Positions 12,450-26,439 of a stretch of DNA of 64,000 nt are shown one piece after another. How positions within the stretch are numbered: the stretch's first letter is position 1; every line of letters begins with the position of its first letter. The stretch covers positions 4,724 to 68,723 of the forward strand of contig MU058802.1 in NCBI GenBank assembly GCA_013265495.1, written 5' to 3'. A program made the position numbers and the translations under genes. The notes under the pieces were generated by a model. That model did not search any database and was not told the DNA's origin. It saw only the letters and a list, made by a program, of their open reading frames with translations. This DNA is from Vicugna vicugna (lineage: Eukaryota).

Positions 12450-13185
12450 TATTATACTTATTTTTAATCTCTGTCTAGGGCTAATTTTTTTCCACTTAAA
12501 AGGTACTGTCTTTCTGAGTAGTCTGTCTGATGCTCGATGAATTAGGAGCTTCTCTATTATGGGTGTTAGAGACACAAACCATTTCTGATGCTGTGTGAGC
12601 CATAGTCTCTCTCCGCTTTCTGGGCGTTTCTTTCCCTGGATGCTATGAACTGAACTGTGTCTCCTCAAAATTCCTATATTGAACCCCTAACTCTGTAATA
12701 TGACTATTTTTGGATGCAGGGCCTTTAAAGAGGTAATTAAAGTTAAATGAGGTCTTAAAGGTGAAGCTCTACTCCAATATAACTGGAGTCCTTATAAGAA
12801 GAGCAAGAGACACCAGGATGCAAGTGCACAGAGAAAAGCCACGTGAGGACCCCGCGAGAGGATGGCCATCTGCAAACCAAGGAGAGAGGCCTCCGGAGAA
12901 ACCAAATCTACTGGCACTTTGATATTGGACTTCTAGCCTCTAGAAGGGTGAGGAAATAAATTTCTCTTCTCTAAGCCATCCATTCTGTGGTATTTTGTGT
13001 GACAGCCCTGCCCGTCTAATTCATTGGCTTTGGACAGTTTCCATTTAAGGGGGACCCCCCTGCAGATCTCTGGTGCTCTCTCTCTCTGTTTGAAGCTGTC
13101 TCCTCTCAAATATTTTCCCTGTGGACTCTCACTGCCTTAAACTGCCTGGACTTCCAGCTCTGTTCTTTGAGAGACTCAACAGTGT
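12450..13185 (-). mobile_element. HAL1-type 5' region interrupted by an MLT1B LTR
   Basis: TTCTGAGTAGTCTG...TGTGTGAGCC before the LTR; CCCTGCAGATCTCTGGTGCTCTCTCTCTCTG...CTGGACTTCCAGCTCTG after it. Confidence 0.6.
12641..13023 (+). mobile_element. MaLR solo LTR, MLT1B-like
   Basis: Starts TGCTATGAACTGAACTGTGTCTCCTCAAAATTC, contains GGCCATCTGCAAACCAAGGAGAGAGGCC and AATAAA, ends ...CTAATTCA (TG...CA). Confidence 0.9.
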
Positions 13186-13859
13186 ATACATGTCATGTTA
13201 CCTGAATTCAATCTATAAATCCAATGCATCTTCAAATCTAATTCAGAAAGGATTCATCTCAGAAATAGGCAAAGTTATTTTAAAGTGCATCCTGCAGAAA
13301 AATTAAGTAATAATTTTAAAATATGTAGAGAGGGCAGTGAAGGTTTGGAGCTGTTCAACCTCTGCACCTCAGAGTTCTCTGTGGTCCTCTATTGATACTT
13401 GCCACCATGAAATTTTTTTCCCAAGCTCAATTTTATATTTTCATTATGTAATACTACGTATTTTTAACCACTAATTTTATGCCATTTTGCCTGAAGAAAA
13501 ATCCATGTTAACTCAGCCTTCCACATTAATCAGAATTAATGACAAACTTCTCTGATTGTACTTGTATTTCTTTGTTTGCCACTGCTATCAGGTATTGATC
13601 TGATAGATCTATGCACTATCCACTTATGTTCTAGAATTACACGTGAAGATTCAACTCAGATTCCCCTATCTCCTCCCAATACTTCATAACTATATTATTT
13701 GAACATTTCTTTTGGCTAACTCTGTTATAGCCAACAGTTTAACATCAAAATAAGAGAAATATGGCTTTAAAAATCCTGATATTAGTCGTGGGAGTCAACA
13801 ATTAATTTTTTACATCTGATAATTATGGCCATCAATATTATCCACTAATGTTTATAGTG

Positions 13860-14314
13860 ATGTTGCAGTATACACAGTTTAATTAATTGATGGGCCTTTG
13901 CCCTCAGGCACTTTCTATGCCCTATTACCTGTTCTGTTTAACATCCCAGGGGGATGACCCTCATTGGCAATGTTGCCCAGGAGCCCAGGACAACTCACTG
14001 CTGTCTAGGTTTGTCCTATGTGAAGTGCTGTAGGATATCCGAGGAAGAAAGACCAGAGGCGCTGGTTACTTCCCTCTCCTTTCCATCCTAGCAGATTCTT
14101 GCCATTGCTGCCTCTGTAACTAGGAGAGCTCCTAGCAGATCTCTGTAATTACAGCCTTTGCCTGTTGGGCTTGTCCCCTGGGCTCCAGCAATGTCACTAC
14201 TTCTGTTGTCTTAGCTGTTCCATCATCTATTAAACCAATTATTTACATCAAATCTCCACCATTTAAAATACATAGAGTAGTTTATTTCATTCTGGAGGTA
14301 CTCTCACTAAAACA
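13860..14314 (+). mobile_element. ERVL LTR, LTR33-like
   Basis: 3' end AAACCAATTATTTACATCAAATCTCC...TTTAAAATACATAGAGTAGTTT...CTCACTAAAACA matches the LTR33-type terminus. Confidence 0.6.
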
Positions 14315-16387
14315 ATTTACATTAAAAATTCTCATTACATTATTAATTTTATACTTTTTTTGCTGAGGATATGGGTACATTTACATTGATAAATTAGTAA
14401 AATAGAACAGTCCATAATATCTCAGTGAGCTGAGTTTGTTTAGCCTCAAGAAAAATAGGAAAATGGATGATATTAACTGGCTCAATCATGTGAAATATTA
14501 AACAGTCAGCTGTTATTAATCTCAATACAGAGATAGAGTAAGAAAATAGACATTCCAAGTGTTTCAAAATGAGCACACTTGCTAGCAAAATAAACCAATT
14601 TAGAAAGAATTGTAACTGAGCACCAGAATGTCCAATAGAGTAGGGCTATTATGTTGTGTCCAGATAGGTACCAGAAACAGCCCCATTTTATGGAAGTTGG
14701 AGAAATTTCTATTATGAAGGCGTATCACAGCACCTAAAGATACGGTGAAAAATGCCATTTAGTAACTGGTTTATAGCTAACTTAGGGGGTTTACATCAAC
14801 ACAGAAACTCAGGGGTATACAATCTTAATGCTTTAAATGATCTAGAGAGCATAAAATCTAATTTGTTCACATGATTAAAAAACAAATTAAATTAAAAATT
14901 TAAAAAGTCAGGTGATCTGAAGTTTACTTTATTATGTGAAATCAGTCTAGAAATCAAATATTTTCCTCTTAATACTTTGTTTATTCCACTATTTATCTGT
15001 TTCCAAAGGGACTATAAACAAGGCAGTTTTAACAGAAACACTGTAAATTTTGTGTTTATTGAATGTCTACTTGAAAAAAATAGTGGCTATATATTTAATT
15101 TGTATTTGGATAATAGATGCAATGAATAGTCCATTATATCACAAATACTGTAACTTAGTAAAATTTCTTGTTCCAACTTCCCATAGATGTAAGGTAAAGA
15201 CTATGGTTGAAACCAATTATTGGAAGACAGTCTGTATAAACATAAGTGAACCTTTGCTTATTGAATTGTGTTAAATGACCACAGTAGGTCATTCTGTTTT
15301 ACCTGGAGAGTGAGCGAGTGAGTGAGCTAACTAGAACCAGTGGCTACCTCCTTTTCTCAGTAAGTCAGGCTGCGTTCTCTCATTTCTAAAGGTAATTGGT
15401 GACTTTCTCCTCCAGGTCAGGAAAGGTTGCCACTCACTTCCCACGTACCACAAATTCTTCAGGTTCTGGGCAGCTGGATTTTTCTTGACAACTCCTAGGA
15501 ACAGCTAAATCCTTAGTGCCCAGGAATTCTCTTAATCTTCTGACAGACAAGGTTGCTTTCTAGCCTACCCTATAAGGAAGAAGAATAATGATATGGAAAG
15601 GCATCCTCTTCCACTGAATGCATACCTCTTTGGAAAGAGGAATGGATGGGAGAACCCATGCCTTCTATTACTTAATCTTGACCCAAAAGTTTTCCCAGTA
15701 AAGCCTGTTTCTCACATCAGACTGTATGATATTGAAGAAGACATCTGGCCCTATATACATGACAATTTTTCAAGGAATGATTTAAAATAAATCACAGTAG
15801 AGGTACTGTGCAGATGTATTACCACATGAACGAGATTGCTGGGGCTTTGTAGCACTAACAGCTAGGAGTCCTTTCGGGTTGTATGCGGAACACTTACAGA
15901 GCACTGGTACATGCTGATGTGTCGAGTTGTAGGCTTGAAGGTGGTCAATATTGCCCAGTTGAGGACTGATGGAAAAGGGTCTGGCAATAAATGAGTGGTA
16001 GTAAGAATAAACTTGACCTTTGAGAGAGTCCAAATGACACTGGAAAAAGAGAGAAAGACTTAAAGCTCAAGAAAGACTAGATCTTCTGGTAAGTTAGTAA
16101 GAGACAATATTTATGTTGGAAATTCTTCATAGAATTGAAGCAAATGGAAAATTACAACAAAAGGATAAGGACAAAGTGTGAGTCTATCCTGAAGGTAAAT
16201 CACCACTGCTGTTAATCTGAGCTGTTTGATACACTCCTGACTAGTGTCATAGGTCCCCTAGTTTTTGTAATATGCCTGTAGCTATACAGGTAGTAAAGGG
16301 TATTTGGATATTTAGTGTGGCAATATTCCAGAGTCAGGAATTTGGAAGTTCATTACAAAGGGTTTAAAGGGTTTGATTTAATTAACA

Positions 16388-16572
16388 CACTGCTTCCCAA
16401 AGTATGGTCCACAAGCCCTTATGCTCGCATCACCTTGGGAAGTTGTTATAATATCTATTACTTCATCCTCCAAACCCATTAAGTGAAGCTGAATTCTGGG
16501 AGTGGGTCTTGGCCATCTGCATTACACTCAGGCGTCTCCGGTGACTTTTACGTATAATATTGGAGAACCTTA
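16388..16572. mobile_element. MER5A/B-like hAT MITE
   Basis: CTGCTTCCCAAAGTATGGTCC...CATCACC...GAATTCTGGGAGTGGG...ATCTGCATT...GGTGACTTTTA...TGGAGAACC. Confidence 0.7.
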
Positions 16573-17277
16573 GACCTAAGCAGATATTATTGATTGGACA
16601 GTTGACTAAACAGAAGGTTACATTTATAAAGAAAGTTATGAGATATCAATCACAGATAGCTTTAAATATAGGATTTAAAAAATCTGCTCCAAGTAGATAA
16701 GCATAGCTATGCCTGGAGGTGACCTTCAGTTCTCAGATTCTTCTTCTTCTTCTTTTTTTTTTTTTTCTAAAACAGGATTAATCACCTCTCACTGAGTGGG
16801 TGTTAGTTCTAAGTATTTCAATTATTTTCTCCTTCCACATAATTTTGTTTATGAGTCATCAAAGCTAAAGCTAAGCAGTTTTAAAAGCCAATTTCACTGG
16901 TTCTAATACATGATCCTCACGTATATACCATATCCTTGTTTTGAACCCAAGTTGTATTTCATTGTTTAAAGCCATCATCAGTACATGTCAGGTATCTAAT
17001 TATTTGATAAAAGCACAAATAGGTCCCGAGGTAGCCTCAAGACTATCTCCCTGTTGTTTGGACTTTATCTTCTGACCACATTACTCAAGATACAATTCTC
17101 ATTAATTGCACATATTTCAAAAGGATTTTATGTTGAGAGCTTGGGAACCATGAGCATTCTGTGGCTTTTTGTTACATGTGACTGGCTTGTCTTTGTAAAA
17201 AAAACTTTAAAATTAACCCTGAGGAAATTTTTGCAGAATAAGAAAAAGAGTATATACAAAAAGTGTATAGAAACAGA

Positions 17278-17298
17278 AATATATATATATGTATGTGC

Positions 17299-17343
<45 letters not shown>
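17278..17343. repeat. Compound (TA)n microsatellite with about 20 pure TA units at 17304-17343
   Basis: Directly visible. Confidence 0.97.
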
Positions 17344-17344
<1 letters not shown>

Positions 17345-18699
17345 CAGTTATGGCAGAATATATATTGACTAATTCTATGCTTATTTTAAAAAATACATTT
17401 GTTTCCAAAACCACATATCCTTCACATCTACTGACAAGAATAATCAAAAACAACTGTCCCCCTTCTAGGGGGAAAATTCTACAATGAGTATTCAGTTGAC
17501 TTTAGCACAAAGACACTAGAGCATATCACTTATGGCTGTTTCCTATTTCAACGACAGTATGATCTACTCTGAAACGATCTACTCGTTTTCAGACGAGATT
17601 AACCCACTCATGATCTTGGTTCATGGGATGAAAGCTGTTAAGGAGGAAAAGCTATTGTAATGAAATATCCTTCAGGAAAAATAGGAAAAACTTGAAGTGT
17701 GTCTGGAAACACAGATGCTTTTATAATGATTGCAAACTCTTCAAAATTTGCATTATGAAATAGAAAGCTATATTTACATTTTGCACTGGTTCTTTGAGAT
17801 GAAACAATAAGCTATAATTTTTAACGGAGGACTTTCCAGAAATATTTTCATTCATAGTCTCTAGTGACTATGATTCTTAGATGATGACAAAGGAATTGGC
17901 CATCACTAGAAATGAGGCAGACTGGCAAGGACAGAAGAGCCTCATATCAAAATACCTTCTATTTTGGCTGAAATGAGACATTTTTATTCATTAGTTGAGA
18001 GATCCCTCTTTTGAAGTGCACAATGTATTGTTTGCTGATTTGGATTTGACAGTACCTTGGTCAGTTACTGAAGGAATCCAATTTCATTCCAAATCTGTGC
18101 GACGTTCAATTTTAAGCATTTCCTTTCCTGTCTGTGGATTTTAAGAATGTAATCTCTTGTGTTGGATGCCTTCAGATTTTTCATATATTCTGGAAGAAGC
18201 TTCACTTTTGATATGTGTGATAGATTGAATTTCTGGCCATCCATGTCCCTACTACATAAATTGATATATATTACCTTCCTGTTCACTTTGGGTTCTACAT
18301 TTTATGCTTTCTTAATTGGATTTGGGGCCTTTTTCTCCACATTCACAATCACGCACATATACACACATGCAATTGCATATATTTGCTTTGCTGTCAGACT
18401 CAAAAACTTTTTTTACTCATATTTCCCTACAGTTTTAAATTACTTGTTCCCCAGAAAGAATTTTCTCTGATTTCCAAGTCATTATATAGTTGGCGTAGAA
18501 AATATGCCCTAAATATTGGAATTGGGCTGAACAAATAACAGTGTTATTTAGGAGGAATAACTACAGATAATAAATCAGATATAAACAATACAAAATTTAG
18601 TATTAGATGTAGCACATTTGAATTTTAGATATGCTTTATGCTCAGAAAAAAAATTAGCTAGATTTTGGCATAAGAATAATGGTATTTATAAATTTTGGG

Positions 18700-18928
18700 A
18701 ATTGTGCTATGTAGATATTAAGGTCACAACCATTTGTGTAACTGTCAATTCTGTGACATTAGACAATAGGCATTCTTCTGTAGTACTTTATACACCTGTA
18801 ACATAGGAGTAACATAATAATATCTATTTTCCAGATTTAGTGTGAGGAATATTTTATGTTATATAATATAAAGTATTTAAAGAAGTGTCTGATGGATAAT
18901 AACTGCTCATGTGTTAGCTGTTATTATG
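18700..18928 (+). mobile_element. MIR SINE (decayed)
   Basis: CTGTGACATTAGACAA...CCTGTAACATAGGAG...GTGAGGAAT...TGTTAGCTGTTATTA. Confidence 0.6.
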
Positions 18929-18954
18929 GGTTTTTTCAGATGATTAAAGCATAA

Positions 18955-19406
18955 TGTTGTGGTACTAGCTGTATATGCCATAAACTACTATGTTGAAATC
19001 CTAATTCCCAGAACCTGTAATTGGACCTTATTTGCAAATAAGGGCTTTGTAGATGTAATCAGGTCAAGATGAGGTCATACCAAATTAGGGTGGTACAAAT
19101 CCAATATGACTGATGTCCTCATAAAAAGAGAAGACAATGCAGGCACAGAGGGAAAGATGCCATGTAATGACAGAGACATAGATGAGAGGGGTGAATTTAC
19201 AAACCAAGGAACATCAAGTTTTACTTAATTGCCAGAAGCTACAAGAGGGTCATGGGACAGATTCTCCCTCAGTGTTTTCAGAAGGAACCGGCCCTCCTGA
19301 CACCTTGATTCCAGACTTCTGACCTTCAGAACGTGAGACAGTTTTCTTTTGTTTTAAGCTTCCTAGCTTGTGGTACTCTGTTATGGCAGCCTTAGGAAAT
19401 TAAACA
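18955..19406 (+). mobile_element. MaLR solo LTR, MLT1C-like
   Basis: TATGTTGAAATCCTAATTCCCAGAACCTG...GACCTTATTTGCAAATAAGG...CAGATTCTCCCTCAG...TGTTATGGCAGCCTTAGGAAATTAAACA. Confidence 0.9.
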
Positions 19407-21611
19407 AACATAGTATTAAAATTATAGCTCTCTGTGCAGTTATAGTTTGAATGGACAGCCCTAGGAAAGCTCAACCAGCAGCTAAGGTCAAGTCACATGT
19501 TGACAGCACAGCAAGAAAAGCAGGTAAGAGAACCATGGACCACACTGTGGATTAGGGCAGACACAGGGGTGGGAGAGATGACACTGAAGAAAACAAATCA
19601 GATGATACTCAGGTCTCAAGGGAAGACAGCCAAGAGATGAACCATTAAGACAGACAGAAAAGTACAAGGAAACGAAACTGATGTATGCCAATCAGAAAAG
19701 TGTAACATGGGATATAATAACTAGGGTGGATCCAGTTTAGGACTGTGGAATACATCAGAGCTACCTTTGCAAAATACTAGCAAAAGGTATAACTTGATAT
19801 TGCATCACTATGTACTGATAAACAGCTTGCAAATCATTTCTTTATAAATGACTTCTGTAGTTCAGTAATGACCTTAGAACTTGGAAAGGGCAAGTGAGTT
19901 TAGGAATGGGAGTGAAAAAATTTTGCCTAGGATAAAAATAATGTGGGGCAGGTAATTTTTAAGCAATTTAAATAACTGTTTTCTAAATGCTACCCATTAT
20001 CCCTTCCAGGTTTTACATACCATTATCTCAGTCTTCTAAGTATTATTAAGATTCTAGATTTTGAATAATGATATATTCTTTAGCTTTCCTTGTCTGTCTA
20101 AAGTTGTGACTTTAGTGTTTTGTGGGCTCACACCTATTCTATAGGTTTGGAACTTTTATTCAAATAAACTGGAGAAACTCATATAAAGATCTGTCTAAAT
20201 ACACCTAGAAATTACAGGAAAAAGTACTAGACAATGGAAATAATTGTGAGCTCTACTGAACCAATAAACTGCACTGATTTGGAGTCTTTTTTAATGTCAA
20301 ATCTTGGTCATATTGCTCTTTTTCCATCACCGTGTTAGCATTTTCAATTTAGTGACCTGCGCTGTTCTATTTATCAGTTTCAGTGACTAATCTTGTTTTG
20401 TGTCTTAGCTTTAGCTGCGACTAGATATAGCATCACCACCACCTTAACTACTTAATTATGTTAATTTCTTGTTTATTTCTTTTCTCTGCGTAAAAACACT
20501 CATTTTATTCTATGCTAATTTTTGCTGCTTGGGAAATTTTAGAAAGTTTTTGCAGAGAAATTCTGTTCAACATGCCTTACAAATGTCCTTCCATGTCACA
20601 TAAATAACATGCATGCACACACACACCCATCCTGAATAATCATAGAAGTCTCTGTTATACAGATAAGGTGATGTGCATGTGTTGTGTGATAATAAATTTG
20701 GCTCAACTGGGTTCTTTTACGTTTGTAACAAAATATTACCCATTACTTAAATAAATCAGTCAATTCCCAATTTGTTCTCAAAATCTTAACTATAGTAAAT
20801 GTACAGGGTGGGATATGTGCTGGAATGAAAAAGGTGAGTAAAATTATTTCAATATTAAGACAATTTTGACTTATTAATAAATTTTACATTTAAGCCTATT
20901 AGAGTTTTCAGAATAGATGGCAAAAATTCAATCAATAAGATAGTCCACAATTATGAGCAAATTTTAGGGGTTTTAAATTAGAAATCAAGAAGTCATACTT
21001 TAGATTTTAAGGTCCTTTGTCTTATTTCAAAATGTCAGCAATTCTTTAGACCTTAACTATGTGAACTTGTATATTTTCATTGTGTTTTTATGATGTCAAA
21101 ATAATTGGTGAAATACTGCATTTAAAAAGAAGCAAGACTTGTTATAGAGTCAGTTCCAATTCTTATCTAGAATGTATTATGAAGGAAATATTCATGCTGT
21201 TTCTCACTGAACTTTTCACATTATTAGCAATCTTTCACAAAAGTAAACACATAAAGCAAATAAATACAGGTATGTTTTCTACACTTCTTCTTATAAAACC
21301 TGGGACTGGTATTCAGAATACGGTCTTCTTTAATAGTCAGCTCCTAGTAAAGAACTCCCATAACTTTCTCATTGAAGTTAGAATCAATCTCTTATAGAGA
21401 GAGAGGGTATTCAAGAACATGCGTAGACTTTCATGAGCTCTAGGATTCTTTACAGGTGAGAATGAATAGGGTGCTGAGTAGTTGCCAAATAGGCAGAAAA
21501 TGGAACCTCTTTTTTTCTCCAAACTCTAGACACTCTTACCCCCCGCACTCAATTCCTTTAAACAAGTTGGTAAATATGACATAGATTATGCACTTGATAG
21601 AACACTTCTGG

Positions 21612-21772
21612 GCAGGACCAACTATATAACTTGCAGAACCAGGTGCTAAATGAAAATTCAGAGCCTCTTGTTCAAAAATTATTAAGAATTTCATGATGCC
21701 AAAAGCAGAATATTAAACCCAATATGGGACTCTGTGGTACTGCACAGATGGCACGTCTGTGAAGCCAGGAAA
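21612..21772. mobile_element. MER45A-like hAT-Tip100 MITE
   Basis: AAATGAAAATTCAGAGCCTCTTGTTCAAAAATTATTAAGAATTTCA...GCAGAATATTAAACC...ACTGCACAG...TGAAGCCAG. Confidence 0.8.
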
Positions 21773-22069
21773 TGTGGGGTTTTTTTGTGGGGGGGATTCT
21801 CAAGGACTCTGATCGGACGGGTCAAATGGCCACCCAGTGTGGCTCCAATCTTTTATACTTTTATCCCATTTTCACCTTCCTGCCCATAAGAGCAGGAAAA
21901 GCATTTCACTGGCCCCTATTAGCTAACATTGTTAATGCCGTAAGCAATACTCCTCCCTCCGGTATCCATTTTCCAATGAACTCAGCAGGAGAAGAAATCT
22001 CAAACAATCAGCTTCCTTACAAAGACTAGCTTAATAAATTCTTCTATTTTAGAGTGAATCTTAATAAGC

Positions 22070-22300
22070 AAAACTAGCCTACATTTAATTAGAGCTTTAT
22101 ATGTACTGGGCACTTGTATTAGCTCACTGACTCTTCAAAATAAACAGGAATTACATTATCCTCAATTTTCAGGTGGTGGAACAGAGGTCAAGAAGCATGG
22201 AGGTTAACTATTCCTGATAATCCGTATAGTAAGCGGCAGAGCCTGGGTGCAAACCAAGGCATCGTGCATCCAGAATCTGCACTCGTAACTATGAGGTTAT
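22070..22300 (-). mobile_element. MIR SINE
   Basis: TATGTACTGGGCAC...ATTATCCTCAATTTTCAGGTGGTGGAACAGAGG...TAGTAAGCGGCAGAGCCTGG. Confidence 0.75.
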
Positions 22301-22334
22301 TTCATATGCAATTTCTTCTCGTTGTTCTATTAAC

Positions 22335-25300
22335 TATTTTACTGATGGGAGCCTGTATGTAGAAAAAGTACACAAATTATAAGCGAACAGCTTGATGAGT
22401 CAGCCAAACTGTCACAAGTCCAACAGCCCAACAGCCCCCTGCAGAAGCTCTCCTGATTGCTAGTCACTCCTGTTTTGCAGAAGTGACGACTACTGCAAAT
22501 TTTAAACCCAGAAACATACTTGCCTGTTATCTAAACGTATATAAACGGAACCATGTATATTGGGGCCTCTTTCTCTCAATATCATGCTTGTGAGATTCAT
22601 CCATGGTGCTGATGTAGCAGTAATTAAATCATTTTTATTGCTATAGAAACATTCTGCCCATCCAGTACTGAATTTATTTATTTAATTTACTGTTGGGCAT
22701 CTAGGTTGTTTTCTGTTGGTTTTCGATTATAGGTAATTCTGCTATGAACGCCTGTGTACATGTGTTTTGTTGCCCTGGGAATGAAATTGTTGAGTGACAG
22801 GTTATGCATAGGTTCAATTTCAGTATATACTGCCAAAAGGATTCCCAAAGTTCTTAAAAGGATCTACACTGCTACCAACAGTCACACTTTAAATTTAGCT
22901 ATTTTTGTAGGAGTGTAGTAATCGTCCCAGTTCTTACTTTGCATTCTCTCGGTGAAGTATGGGTTTGAACATGTTTTCAAGGGTTTACTGATCACTTGGA
23001 CAGCATGATGTGCCTGTTCATGGTTTTGTACCTTCTTTTTCTTTTGAATAGTCTGTTGTTCTTATTTATGTCTCATGCTTCTGTATGCATTATAAATCTG
23101 ACATATATGTTAGTTATAACCTTTGTAACTATCTTCCCTCATTCTGTGCTGAATTGATCACTTTCTTAATATTTCCTATTGATGAACAGAAGCTCTTAAT
23201 TTCATGTATTCAAAGGAATTATTTATTTTCTGTTAAGAAGTTTGTGTAAACTCTTTAAAAATCTCCTACATCAAGTTCTTGAAGGAATTCTCAAACGTAT
23301 TCTTTAAAAATAGACTGATTTTCTCCTTCGACTTTTGAAATTGATATCTACAGTCGACCTCAGTTTAATATTTTATGGAGTGAGTAGGTGTAAATATTCG
23401 TGTTTTTCCTATACAGAGATCCACTGGAATCAGAAGATTTAATTAAAAACATTGATCTTTCCTCACTGTTTCGTAATGTCACCTTTGTTATAATTTGGAT
23501 GTCTGTATACGTATTATCCTGTTTGGCTTTCTCAGTACCAATGATCTACATTTCTAGCCTCACCCTAACTCCACCCTGTCTTAATTAAATTGTTTCATGA
23601 TAAATAAAAATACCAGTCAGACACTTCCCCATCTGCTTTTACTTCTGGTCTGTTTTGGCTATTCTTGGGGCTTTGCTTCTTGGTAAATATTTTAGCATTG
23701 ACGTTAAGTTTCAGGAAAAAAAAATTTTGTAAGGAAAGAATAGGCATATGGTAAGAATATTAAACTTTTCTAGTTAATTTAGGTCTTCTCTAAAGTCAGT
23801 AAATGATCATACATATCAAGTTAGATTTGTAATGAATATAGTAGTGTAAGTCTCATATCTTTTTTCCCCTCAGGATTTTTCTTTACTATCCTTGTTTCTT
23901 GGCATTTCATGGCGCTTTTAGCATAAGTGTATTAGTCTCTGACTCTGCTTCCTTCCCCTCCAAATATTTTAGGACCTTTATTCAAATTCCACTGAATCTA
24001 TAGATCATATTGGGAGAAGGACATTTTTACAATATGGAACAATCACTATTATAGCATAGTATGCACCTCAACTTATTGAAATATTTTATATTTTATCTCA
24101 ATAATGTTATACTTTTCTATGTAAAGATCTGGTGTATTGTTCGGTAAAGCTATTACTAAGTGATTAAAATTCTTTAATACACTGAAAATATCTTAACACT
24201 TCAATTCTAATGTTTTAGAACCACAATGTAGAAATAAAGTTGATTTTTATATTGATCAATATCTAGTGACCCTGACAATTTCACTTATGAAATATGTTTG
24301 TGTCTGTAGCTTTTACAGATTGTCCATGGACACGGTAATGTCATATGTAAGTAAGGACTTTTTATGGCCTCTTTTCCAGTGTTTATGCCCTCTATTTTAT
24401 TTCCTTGTCAATGTACTGGCTACCTTTAATAAAACAGTGAATAGCATAGCAGGTATATTTTTAATAAGAAAATCTCACTCAATCTCACCAAGAAATTTTA
24501 AATATTTTATTGCACGTCAGGAGTCAATAAACTTTGCCTGTAAAGGGAGAGATCTATGCATCTTCATCTTTGTGGCCCATACAATCTCTGTCACTACTAC
24601 AGCAATGACAATGGAGCAAAAAAGCAGCCAGAGATTTAATTCAAATGAATAGCTGTAGCTCTGTGCTTATAAGTACTTCTATTTTATAACAAGGAGGGGT
24701 TGCAGCTCTCTTAGTGTCATGGTCTGCCAACTGTTTTCAAGAGTAAAGATGCTTCTTTGTGTCCATATTTCTGAGTTTTATATCATGAGTTTTACATCAA
24801 ATGCTTTTTCTGACTCTTTTGTCATAATAGGTCTCTTTATCTCCGTCATTCTGGGAATTTTCTGAATGGCAGTAATTGGGTTTCAAATGTTAGCCATACA
24901 TGCCTAGAATATAACCCAATTGAATGTGATAAACTATTTGTCTTTCTGAAAAAAAATCCATTTATAGATTTATTTTTTAAATTATATTTTGTTAAGTTAT
25001 TTTGTTTGTTTCCTGTTTTGCTTGTGTCTTTTGTTTTAGATGCACTGTGCTGTCATTTTTCTTTCTTACAATATTTTTGTCTTGCTTTTCTGTCAAGATC
25101 ATGTTGCTCAAATGTAATGAGTTGGAAAGTTGGAAAGTTAATTTTTGAGGAATTCTTTTTCCATTCCATAAAAATCATCAACTTTATTGGCAATTTTTTT
25201 AATAAAATCACCTTTTTTTAATGTCTGTAGAATCTGTGATTAGGTCTGGTTTTCATTCTGATTTTGTCTATTTTGTATTTTCTTATATTTTATCTATTTT

Positions 25301-25400
25301 TTCCTTTCTCTCTAGAATTTATCAATGTATGTCTTTTCAAAACCAATGTATGCCCTTTTTCTTACTCCTTCTATATGATTTTTTCTGTTCTATTTGTTTA
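22335..25400 (-). mobile_element. Long decayed ancient L1 (L1MD/ME-type) 3' UTR and ORF2, interrupted by MER58A
   Basis: AAAGTACACAAATTATAAGCGAACAGCTTGATGA; GAGATTCATCCATG; TTGATGAACAGAAGCTCTTAATTT; GAATCTATAGATCATATTGGGAGAA. Confidence 0.8.
24518..24735. mobile_element. MER58A-like hAT MITE nested in the L1
   Basis: CAGGAGTCAATAAACTTTGCCTGTAAAGGG...TTTGTGGCCCATACAATCTCTGTCACTACTAC...AAAGCAGCCA. Confidence 0.75.
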
Positions 25401-25404
25401 TTCT

Positions 25405-25461
25405 ATTTTTTTAAATTGAAGTATAGTCAGTTACAATGTGTCAATTTCTGGTGTACAGTAT
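25405..25461 (-). mobile_element. Very short camelid-type L1 3' stub
   Basis: TTTTTTTAAATTGAAGTATAGTCAGTTACAATGTGTCAATTTCTGGTGTACAG. Confidence 0.7.
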
Positions 25462-26439
25462 CATTCATTTATTCTTATTGTCATTTTGCTCCTATTTATC
25501 TTTATTTATTTTTATTTTGTTTTATAACAATTTGAAACAAAACTTTAGTGTAACTACCCTTATCCCCTCACTAGCTATGAAAACATTCAAGTTATTAAAA
25601 ACACAAAAATTGTTGGTCTAGGAAGATGTGATCAATCACTTAATACTGCACTATCATAATCTTTCAGTCAGTGTGAGTTAAATTCATGTGGACACTGAAA
25701 TGTCCTCTTCTTTCCTTATTTTTTATTTTATTTAACTGACCACCTGGATGTATGCTGCCAATTCTCATTTCACTCATGCAGTTTATCCCCTTTGCTAGGG
25801 AGCTTAAGACAAACATATGTCTATCATGCTAAAATGGTTCACTCTTATGGGTAATGAATAAAAAATATTCTCAACTCACATATGATTTATCTTTATGATA
25901 ATCTTTTGTTCTTATCAGACATACTCAACTTGAAGGCAGAAGAAAGAAAGCCCAAGTGAGGCGGTCCAGAGAGGGCCAAGGCTCAGGGCACAGAACAAGG
26001 TAAAGAGGATGGAGTACATGTGGCTGAGAAGAAAAGTTTTCCTCTCCAGTACGGATTTCTGCATTCAAATTTGGAGTTACTCAGGAGACAGCTAAATATT
26101 CATTATTCATGGAGATTAGCTTTAAATTATATTTGAAGATAAATGGTATTTAAAAACTCAATAAGCTACAATCTTCTGATTTTGATTTCATACAGAATTT
26201 GATTTTGGCATTTTATTAACATTCGTTTTACTTCATAAAGTAATATAGATATATTAAGTCATACTTACATAATTTAAAGTTGAATTGATAGTAGGCAGCC
26301 ATGATGTCAATTTCTTGAACATTGTATTTTTTACAGGAATTCCTCCCAATCACTTTTGTCCCAGTTACATTAACAGAAGTATCTTGAATCAAACATGGTT
26401 ATTAGTTCTGAATATTTATTTACTTGTTGCGTAATCAGC

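Noticed and set aside
17054..17487. ORFs with IYIYIY repeats
   Set aside because: Translation of the (TA)n microsatellite.
18050..18286. Purine-rich minus-strand ORF, possible exon
   Set aside because: Poor acceptor, stops in every frame before the candidate donor, and no recognisable homology.
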